Below, in pieces: positions 56,908 to 64,000 of a stretch of 64,000 nt of DNA. The stretch lies in contig CAWHFW010000004.1 in assembly GCA_963828735.1 (NCBI GenBank), positions 64,001 through 128,000 on the forward strand. The letters are read 5' to 3'. The stretch is from an uncultured Gemmatimonadales bacterium. Lineage in GTDB: Bacteria > Gemmatimonadota > Gemmatimonadetes > Gemmatimonadales > GWC2-71-9. Numbering within the stretch: the stretch's first letter is position 1; each line of letters starts with the position of its first letter. The position numbers were made by a program, and so were the translations under genes. Under the pieces are notes generated by a model. It saw nothing but the letters and a program-made list of their open reading frames with translations. It did not search any database and was not told where the DNA came from.

Positions 56908-57714
56908 ATGCGTCTCGATCCCGTCTCTCCGGGCGCCCGCGTCCGCCTCACCGACGCCGGCGCGGCGGCGCCGCGCGGCGCGCCGTCGGAGGAAGCAGCC
57001 CGCGCGCAGCTCGCGAAGCTCACCGATCGGATGGACGAGCGGCAGGAGGCTCTGTTCGCCGAGGGGAGGCGGGGCCTGCTCGTCGTGCTCCAGGGGCGGG
57101 ATACCTCGGGCAAGGACGGCACGATCCGGAAGGTCTTCGGGCCGTTGGATCCCCAGGGCGTCGTCGTTACCGGTTTCAAGGTGCCCACCTCGCTCGAGCT
57201 GGCGCACGACTTTCTCTGGCGGGTGCATCTCGCGATGCCGCCCCGGGGCACGATCGGGATCTTCAACCGCTCGCACTACGAGGATGTGCTCGTGGTTCGG
57301 GTCCATGGGCTCGTGCCGGAATCCGTCTGGCGGCCGCGCTACGAGCAGATCAACATGTTTGAGCGCATCCTCACGGAGAACGGCGTCACCATCCTCAAGT
57401 TCTTCCTGCACATCTCCCGGGAGGAGCAGCGCGAGCGCCTCCGGGCGCGGCTGGAGGAGTCCCGGAAGTATTGGAAGTTTTCGGCTGGAGACTTGGGCGA
57501 GCGCGACAGGTGGGACGAGTACACGGCGGCGTACGAGGAGGCGCTGCGGCGCACCAGCACCGCGGCCGCCCCGTGGTACGTCGTGCCGGCCGACAAGAAA
57601 TATCTCCGCGACCTCCTGGTGGCCCAGGTCGTCGCGGAGACGCTCGAACGGATGGATCCGAAGTACCCCGGCCCGCCGAAGAACCTCAGAGCGTTGAAGG
57701 CTCGCCTGCGCTGA
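56908..57714 (+). CDS. ppk2: Polyphosphate kinase 2 family protein
   Basis: QGRDTSGKDG, FNRSHYEDV, KFFLHIS, PWYVVPAD. Confidence 0.93.
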   Translation: MRLDPVSPGARVRLTDAGAAAPRGAPSEEAARAQLAKLTDRMDERQEALFAEGRRGLLVVLQGRDTSGKDGTIRKVFGPLDPQGVVVTGFKVPTSLELAHDFLWRVHLAMPPRGTIGIFNRSHYEDVLVVRVHGLVPESVWRPRYEQINMFERILTENGVTILKFFLHISREEQRERLRARLEESRKYWKFSAGDLGERDRWDEYTAAYEEALRRTSTAAAPWYVVPADKKYLRDLLVAQVVAETLERMDPKYPGPPKNLRALKARLR

Positions 57715-57717
57715 CGG

Positions 57718-58185
57718 TCAGTTGTTGCCGTCCGGGCCCACGATGATGAACGTGAGCGTGCCTCCCACGTTGGTGAACGGCAGCTTGTTGCCCAGCGCGT
57801 TCTCCAAGGCATGCTGCAGCCTCGCGTCGGTGGACGACACGACGACTCCCACCTGCATGCCCGCCGTCGTGCCGCCGTTGGCGGGCACGAAGTTTTCCCA
57901 GTCGAGCGTATAGGCGTTTCGCTGGAAGGTGAAGCCGGTCGGCAGGTAGGCCGCGAGCCCCGGCGGTATCACGCCCGGGCCGACTTCGGCCGGCCACTTT
58001 CCGGTCTCGTACCACGCGCCGTAGGCGGCGATGCGGACTGCCTGCAAGTCCCCCGCGGCCTGCGCCGCGCGGGCGCGGTGGGTCAGGTCGACGTACTTGA
58101 GGATCGCCAGCGAGGCGAGCAGGCCGAGCACGATCAGGACGGTCAGCAGCTCGACGAACGTGAAACCGGCGCGTCGGCGGATCAT
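57718..58185 (-). CDS. Type IV pilin/pseudopilin-like protein
   Basis: class III signal MIRRRAG/FTFVE. Confidence 0.9.
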   Translation of the reverse strand: MIRRRAGFTFVELLTVLIVLGLLASLAILKYVDLTHRARAAQAAGDLQAVRIAAYGAWYETGKWPAEVGPGVIPPGLAAYLPTGFTFQRNAYTLDWENFVPANGGTTAGMQVGVVVSSTDARLQHALENALGNKLPFTNVGGTLTFIIVGPDGNN

Positions 58186-58685
58186 TGCGATCTCCGCGAG
58201 ATCACCTTGAAACTGTTCCCGACGAACCGGCTCAGCGGCTCGTTCGAGTCGTACGAGATGCGCACGTCGCCCACGTCGGCGTGGAGCTTGTAGGTGCTGC
58301 TGGCGGGCTCGTATTCGAGGCCGCTCTCGTGGGCCCCGGCTTCCGCCAGCGTCGACGGCAGGCGGCCGGTGCGTTGGCGGAAGCGCTCGACGTGTTGGGC
58401 GGCGTTCGCGACGCTGATTCGCAGGCTGGCCTCGCGCACCGCGACCGACTCGGGGGTCGCCGGGGCGGGGAAGACCCAGTCCGGGCGCTCGACGTACAGA
58501 TAGACGCCGACGAAGACGAGGACCGTGGTGCAGACGAGCATCAGGAGACGTGAGCCGCCGTGGCCTCGCCGCGCTTCGGCTTCGGCCCGGCGCGCTTCCC
58601 GCTCCTCCGCCTGCGTCTTGAGGACGCTATCGAAGGCCTCGAGCAGCGCCTTCTTTTCCGGAGTGTTGTTGGGGGATTGGGTCAT
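58182..58685 (-). CDS. Membrane-anchored protein with pseudopilin-like segment
   Basis: TM segment; VERFRQRTGRLPSTL; ATGA-coupled to the pilin. Confidence 0.7.
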   Translation of the reverse strand: MTQSPNNTPEKKALLEAFDSVLKTQAEEREARRAEAEARRGHGGSRLLMLVCTTVLVFVGVYLYVERPDWVFPAPATPESVAVREASLRISVANAAQHVERFRQRTGRLPSTLAEAGAHESGLEYEPASSTYKLHADVGDVRISYDSNEPLSRFVGNSFKVISRRSQ

Positions 58686-58797
58686 CGTCGCTGCTCCCGT
58701 CGTGGATCAGTGCGGCGCGACACCGCAGGGCCCTGGCCCGCTGGACCGGGACCGTCTTCGACCGTCACCATCTCACGTATGAGACACGGTTCCACGG

Positions 58798-58812
58798 GCA
58801 AGAAGCACGCCA
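58798..58812 (-). promoter_or_regulatory. sigma54 -24/-12 promoter
   Basis: TGGCGTGCTTCTTGC with GG-N10-GC spacing, upstream of the pilin pair. Confidence 0.6.
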
Positions 58813-59143
58813 GTGACGGGTCGGTCGACGATCCGGCGGTGCGGGAGTCCGGCGGCCGACCCGTCGGCAAGTATTTGCACGGCCAACTCTTGTCGCTCGA
58901 GTCGGGGCAAGCACCGGCTGGGTGAGCCAGCGGGTCTCCCTCGCTCAGATGCGAGGGTCCCATTCGCCTAGGCCCAAGGCTTTTTCCTCGCTCTCGCCGT
59001 GCTGTGCGGTGAGCACGATGAGGGTTCCGTTGAGAATCGGTCGTCATCTCGGTACAATGCGGGCCGACCTCATGGTTCACACATCGGCCGGCCGCTGCCT
59101 TCGAGCGGCAGTACTCTCCGTGACCTCCTCGAGCGGAAACTGA

Positions 59144-59995
59144 TTGGTGCGTCCGTCGTCGCTGTCGGTGATCGGCCTGGGCGCCATCGGCGGGTCACTG
59201 GCCTGGCAGGCGCGCCTCGCGGGCGTGCCGCGAGTGGTCGGGTTCTCGCCCTCGCGCTCAGATGCCGTGCAGGCGCTGCGGTCCTCCGCGGTCACCGAGT
59301 TGGCCGACTCGGCGGTGAAGGCGGTGCGCGCGTCCGAGCTGGTGGTGCTCGCGGTGCCGGCCCGGGTCACGTTGGATCTGATCGGTCGTGTGGGCGCCGC
59401 CCTCGAGCCGGGCGCGGTCCTGACGGACGTCTGCAGCGTGAAGAGTCCGGTCGTGGCGCGGGCGGTTTCGGAAGGGCTAGGCGATCGGTTCGCCGGCGGG
59501 CACCCGCTCGCCGGCACGCACGCCTCGGGGTTCGCGGCCGCGCGGCCCGACCGACTGCGCGGCTGCGTGGTGTACGTCTGCGAGACGGGAGCGTCGGGCG
59601 GCGACGCGGCGGCACGGCGAGTGATGAGCTTCTGGCAGCAGGTGCTGGAGGCGCAGGCCGTGCTCATCGACGCCGCCGCTCACGATCGCCAGCTCGCGTG
59701 GACCAGTCATCTCCCACAGGCCATTGCCTCGGCACTCGCCAAGACGCTCGCGGACCGCGGTCTGGCCGGCGTGTCGTTCGGCCCCGGCGCCCGCGACACG
59801 ACACGGCTCGCCGGAAGCAGTCCCGACATGTGGCTCGACATCCTGCTCTACAATCGTGCCGAGGTCGCGGACGCGCTCAGGGCGACGGAAGCGAGCGTCG
59901 CCGAGCTCCGCCGTCTCCTCGACACGGCGGACGCCGACGGGCTCCGCGCCTACCTCACTGCCGCCCAGCGATTCCGCGAGGGCCTGGACCGATGA
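59144..59995 (+). CDS. tyrA: Prephenate/arogenate dehydrogenase
   Basis: GLGAIGGS, DVCSVK, GGHPLAG, SHLP, RDTTRLA. Confidence 0.93.
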   Translation: MVRPSSLSVIGLGAIGGSLAWQARLAGVPRVVGFSPSRSDAVQALRSSAVTELADSAVKAVRASELVVLAVPARVTLDLIGRVGAALEPGAVLTDVCSVKSPVVARAVSEGLGDRFAGGHPLAGTHASGFAAARPDRLRGCVVYVCETGASGGDAAARRVMSFWQQVLEAQAVLIDAAAHDRQLAWTSHLPQAIASALAKTLADRGLAGVSFGPGARDTTRLAGSSPDMWLDILLYNRAEVADALRATEASVAELRRLLDTADADGLRAYLTAAQRFREGLDR

Positions 59996-61263
59996 TCGTC
60001 TCGGGCACGGTGCGCCTCCCGGGCGACAAGAGCATCACCCATCGCGCGTTGCTCCTCTCCGCGCTGGCGCGGGGCACGAGCTACGTCGGGGGCGCGCTCA
60101 CCTCGCTGGACGCGCGGAGCTCCGCCCGAGTGCTGCGGCAGCTGGGGGCGGAGATCTCGCCGCTTCGGCCCGGCAGCGTGGTCGCGGTGCGGGCGCGCGC
60201 GCGTTTCCGGCGCCCGGAGGCGACGCTCGACTGCGGGAACTCCGGCACCACGACGCGACTCCTCCTCGGGCTCCTGGCCGCGCACCGGTTCCGTGCCACG
60301 CTGACGGGAGATGCCTCGCTCCGCCGCCGTCCGATGCGGCGGGTGACCGGGCCGCTCGCGCGGATGGGCGCGCGGTTCGACGAGTCGGAGGGCGACGGGC
60401 TCCCGCTCACGATCCACGGCGGCCCGCTGGGCGCGTTGCGTTACGAGCTGCCCGTATCGAGCGCCCAGATCAAGAGCGCGCTCCTGTTGGCCGGCCTCGC
60501 AGGCGAGGTGGAGGTCGAGCTCCGGGAGCCGCACGGGCGCTCACGGGATCACACGGAGCGGATGCTGCGCGCGTTCGGCTATCGCGTGGAGGAGGCCGAC
60601 GGCTGGATCCGCTTCGCCCCCACGGGAAGGCTCCAGCCGTTCGAGCTCCAGGTGCCTGGGGATCCATCCTCCGCGGCTTTCCTCGTGGGCGCCGCCACGC
60701 TGGCCGAGGCGGGCGAGCTCCGCATCGCGGCGGTGAACGTGAACCCCACGCGGGTCGGGTTCCTCGCCGTGCTGGGCCGGATGGGCGCCCCGGTGTCGAT
60801 CGAGGACTCGAGCGAGCACTTCGGAGAGCCGGTGGGCGATCTGGTCGCGCGACCGGCCCCACTCCGTGGGACCGAGGTCGGGGCGGGGGAGATTCCGGCT
60901 CTGATCGACGAGATCCCGCTGTTGGCCGTGCTCGCGTCGCGTGCGCAGGGCGAAACCATCTTCCGCGAGGTCGGCGAGCTTCGCGTCAAGGAGAGCGATC
61001 GCCTCGGCCTCATCGCCGAGAACCTTCGGTCGGTGGGGTGTCGCGCCGAGGTGTTGGGAGACGATCTCCACGTGGAAGGCAGCGACCTGCCGCCACGCGG
61101 TCCCGTCCGCGCCGCCGGTGACCACCGCCTCGCGATGGCCTTCACCGTTCTCGGCACCGTAGCCGGCGCCCGGATCCGGGTGGACGACATGGCGTGCGCG
61201 GCCGTCAGCTTTCCGCGGTTCCCCGAGACGCTGCGCGCCCTCGCGCGAAAGGCTGGGACGTGA
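59992..61263 (+). CDS. aroA: EPSP synthase (class II)
   Basis: PGDKSITHR, GNSGTT, SAQIKS, RDHTE, RVKESDR, DHR. Confidence 0.97.
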   Translation: MIVSGTVRLPGDKSITHRALLLSALARGTSYVGGALTSLDARSSARVLRQLGAEISPLRPGSVVAVRARARFRRPEATLDCGNSGTTTRLLLGLLAAHRFRATLTGDASLRRRPMRRVTGPLARMGARFDESEGDGLPLTIHGGPLGALRYELPVSSAQIKSALLLAGLAGEVEVELREPHGRSRDHTERMLRAFGYRVEEADGWIRFAPTGRLQPFELQVPGDPSSAAFLVGAATLAEAGELRIAAVNVNPTRVGFLAVLGRMGAPVSIEDSSEHFGEPVGDLVARPAPLRGTEVGAGEIPALIDEIPLLAVLASRAQGETIFREVGELRVKESDRLGLIAENLRSVGCRAEVLGDDLHVEGSDLPPRGPVRAAGDHRLAMAFTVLGTVAGARIRVDDMACAAVSFPRFPETLRALARKAGT

Positions 61264-61970
61264 GGGGACGCGTCATCGCCATCGATGGGCCGTCGGCCTC
61301 CGGGAAATCCAGCACGGCCCGCGCCGTGGCCGAAGCGCTCGGCTTTGCACACCTGGATTCGGGGGCCCTCTATCGCGGGGTCACGCTGGTCGCGCTCCGC
61401 GAGGCCGCCCGCCGGAACCGCGCGCACGAGGATCCGCTCGACGTACTCGATCCCGAGACGCTGCTCCGGTCGGCGGAAGACCGCGGGCTCATGCTTCAGC
61501 CCGACGGCGCCGGGTTCGCCGCGTATCTGGAGGGGGAGCCCGTCGACACTGAAATCCGGGGCGCCCGCGTCACCAGCTGCGTCTCGGCCGTGTCCGCCGT
61601 GCCGGTGGTCCGCGAATGGATCAATTCCCGGCTTCGCGCCATGGTTCGTGCGGGCCGGGACGTCGTAGTGGATGGACGGGACATCGGGACGGTGGTCTTT
61701 CCGGACGCGGATCTCAAGATCTTCCTCACGGCATCCGCCGCGGTTCGCGCGGGCAGGCGAATCAGCCAGCGCGGGACGGAAGTGGATCCCACACTCCTCG
61801 AGGCCGAAGCCGCTGCCCTGGCTGCGCGAGATCACGCGGACTCGACCCGAAAGGCCGCGCCGCTCCGGCCGGCGGACGACGCCGTCCTGCTCGACACCTC
61901 CACGCTCGCCTTCGCGGAGCAGGTCAGTCGCATCGTGGAATTGGCCCAACCCGTCCTCGCGCGTCGCTAG
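61260..61970 (+). CDS. cmk: Cytidylate kinase
   Basis: IAIDGPSASGKSS, DSGALYR, DGRDIGTVVFPDA. Confidence 0.97.
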   Translation: MRGRVIAIDGPSASGKSSTARAVAEALGFAHLDSGALYRGVTLVALREAARRNRAHEDPLDVLDPETLLRSAEDRGLMLQPDGAGFAAYLEGEPVDTEIRGARVTSCVSAVSAVPVVREWINSRLRAMVRAGRDVVVDGRDIGTVVFPDADLKIFLTASAAVRAGRRISQRGTEVDPTLLEAEAAALAARDHADSTRKAAPLRPADDAVLLDTSTLAFAEQVSRIVELAQPVLARR

Positions 61971-62088
61971 AGGTCGCTAGACGGTTCGGGGTCTCGGGGC
62001 CCGCGGTGGCCAGAAGAGAAGCTCCCACCGCTCCTATCCAATGCCGGGCTCTCCGCCCCCTCGGGATCTGCGCCCGTCCCCTTGCTGT

Positions 62089-62523
62089 CTAGTGAACCTC
62101 CCCCGACTCACCGGCGTCATCCAGGAGTCGCCGCACGGCTTCGAGCAGGTTGTCTGGAAGGAAGGGTTTGGGGAGGAACAGCCCCGGCGCCTGGCCGATG
62201 ACCCCGAAGCCCGAGACGAACAGGATCGGCACCCAGATGGCCCGATCGCGCAGCGCGGCCGCGAGGGCGAGGCCGTCCATGCGCGGCATCCGGATGTCGG
62301 TCACCACCGCGGAGATCTCCGGCCCGTTGGTGGCGAAGAGCTCCAGGGCCTGCCGCCCGTCCTCCGCCAACAGCACGCGATAGTGGGCCTCGAGGCTCGC
62401 CGCCATGATGCGGCGCATCTGCGGCTCGTCGTCCACGACGACGAGGAGGGGTCGGGTGTCCTGGGTGGTGTCGGCCGGGTTGGTCACGCCAACCAATGTA
62501 TCGGTCGCGGGGGCAGGCGTCAT
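62089..62523 (-). CDS. Single-domain response regulator
   Basis: VVDDE, TDIRMPRMDG, VSG, KPF. Confidence 0.88.
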   Translation of the reverse strand: MTPAPATDTLVGVTNPADTTQDTRPLLVVVDDEPQMRRIMAASLEAHYRVLLAEDGRQALELFATNGPEISAVVTDIRMPRMDGLALAAALRDRAIWVPILFVSGFGVIGQAPGLFLPKPFLPDNLLEAVRRLLDDAGESGEVH

Positions 62524-62631
62524 TACTTCGGCGCAGCGACAGGAGCCGATGATCGTTAGGCGAAGGGAGCGCCGCCATCCGCCCGGGAGGCGGGTCGATT
62601 CCCCCGGTCTCTACCAACTGCTTGTGGCACC

Positions 62632-62660
62632 TTGCGTTGCCATTATTACGCTCTTATCCT
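62632..62660 (+). promoter_or_regulatory. sigma70-type promoter for rpsA
   Basis: TTGCGT-N17-TATCCT. Confidence 0.6.
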
Positions 62661-62755
62661 ACATGGCTTCCTCCGGCGGCACTTCCGCGGCCGGAGGCCA
62701 TTCCCCTCTCCCGCGGCCCCGATGGCGCGGTAGTACAAAGGACGGCCAGCAGCGC

Positions 62756-64000
62756 ATGCTCGATCAACTTCAACCTTCGGCCCACGACCAGTTCATCTCC
62801 CCCACCGGTCTCCGCGTCCGGCAGGACCTCTACGACGAAGACTACTCCGACGAAGACTACGAGCAGATGCTCTCGATGTACGAGGGCACCATGGCGCAGA
62901 TCGTCGAGGGTGAGATCGTCAAGTCCAAGGTCCTCCGCGTCACCGACAACGCCGTCATCCTCGACGTCGGCTTCAAGTCGGAAGGCTCGGTTCCCCTCGA
63001 CGAGTTCAAGGATCCCCAGTCGCTCAAGGAAGGCGACGAGGTGGAGGTCTTCCTCGAGCACCTCGAGGACCAGGAGGGCGCGGTCGTCCTCTCGAAGAAG
63101 AAGGCCGACTTCATGCGGGTCTGGGAGAAGATCCGCGTGGCCCACGAGAGCGATCAGCCGGTCGAAGGCACGCTGGTGAAGAAGATCAAGGGCGGCGTGG
63201 TCGTGAACCTGATGGGTGTCGACGCGTTCCTCCCCGGCAGCCAGATCGAGATCCGGCGGGTGCCGAACATCGACGAGCTCCTCGGGCAGACCTACGAGTT
63301 CAAGATCATCAAGCTCGACGAGCGCCGGCGGAACATCGTCGTGAGCCGCCGCGTCATCCTCGAGAACGAGCGCGCCCACAAGCGCGAGCACCTGATGAAG
63401 GAGCTCGCGGTCGGCCAGGTACGCAAGGGCGTGGTCAAGAACATCACCGACTTCGGTGCCTTCGTCGACCTCGGCGGCGTCGACGGCCTGCTCCACATCA
63501 CCGACATGTCCTAGGGCCGGGTATCCCACCCGACCGAGATGGTCGCGATCGACAAGGAAGTCGAGGTGAAGATCCTCGACATCGACAGGGAGCGCGAGCG
63601 GATCAGCCTCGGCATGAAGCAGCTCCAGTCGTATCCCTGGCAGAACGTCGCGGCCAAGTACCCGGTCGGCACGCGGGTGCAGGGCAAGGTCGTCACGATC
63701 ATCAACTACGGCGCCTTCGTCAAGCTCGAGCCGGGCATCGAAGGCCTGGTCCACATCTCCGAGATGAGCTGGACCCGGAACGTCCGACACCCGTCGAAGA
63801 TCGTGAGCATCGGCGACACGATCGAGGTCGTGGTGCTCAAGGTGGACGAGGCGAAGGAGAAGATCTCGCTCGGCATGAAGCAGACCGAGCAGGATCCCTG
63901 GATGGTGCTCCCGCTCAAGTACCCGGTGGGCACCCGGATTCAGGGCAAGGTCCGGAACCTCACCAGCTACGGCGCCTTCGTCGAGATCGAGGAGGGCATC
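62756..64000 (+). CDS. rpsA: 30S ribosomal protein S1 (runs off window; in-frame TAG at 63512-63514)
   Basis: DVGFKSEG, AFLPGSQ, FGAFVDLGG.DGLLHITDMS; S1 repeats continue in frame after the stop. Confidence 0.95.

Noticed and set aside
58900..59035. c-di-GMP-I (GEMM) riboswitch on the - strand (AAAGCCTTGGGCCTA...CAGCCGG)
   Set aside because: It lacks the GGCAAA/GNRA P1 arm and proper P2 pairing, and lies upstream of the sigma54 promoter.
62625..62640. sigma54-like TGGCACCTTGCGTTGC before rpsA
   Set aside because: GG-GC spacing is 11; the site is better explained as a sigma70 promoter.
63512..63514. Genome-wide TAG reassignment
   Set aside because: TAG ends many complete genes here (HD, DUF488, cupin, glgX, cmk) and Trp is encoded by TGG elsewhere.
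1..64000. CRISPR array, tRNA, rRNA, transposase or prophage
   Set aside because: No regularly spaced repeats, cloverleaf signatures or such proteins were recognised.

Overview
High-GC (about 70% by eye) bacterial chromosome segment. It is probably Gemmatimonadota-like, inferred from the rpsA sequence, the ADOP-type orphan permeases and overall gene content; this was not verified. Positions 1 to ~51.2 kb form a dense run of about 77 short + strand genes with only about 6 on the - strand. The families are unrelated 'toolbox' types: DinB x4, GNAT x4, two each of VOC, RidA, cupin, ABM, NTF2-like and serine hydrolase, SMI1/KNR4-like immunity proteins, DUF488, DUF1697, YdeI and others. Many genes are joined by ATGA/GTGA overlaps. 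The gaps hold micro-ORFs and collapsed gene scars, including a DUF962-like gene reduced in frame to its two ends and an orphan NTF2/DUF4440 tail. This suggests a high-turnover, cassette-like array, although no integrase or attC site is visible by eye. After 51.3 kb come a TetR-HlyD-ABC efflux operon with a perfect palindromic operator, glgX-ppk2, a pilin-like gene pair with a sigma54-type promoter, tyrA-aroA-cmk, an antisense response regulator, and rpsA. rpsA runs off the window and has an in-frame TAG at a conserved Trp. No rRNA, tRNA, CRISPR array or transposase was seen. Family calls come from motif recognition, not database searches.
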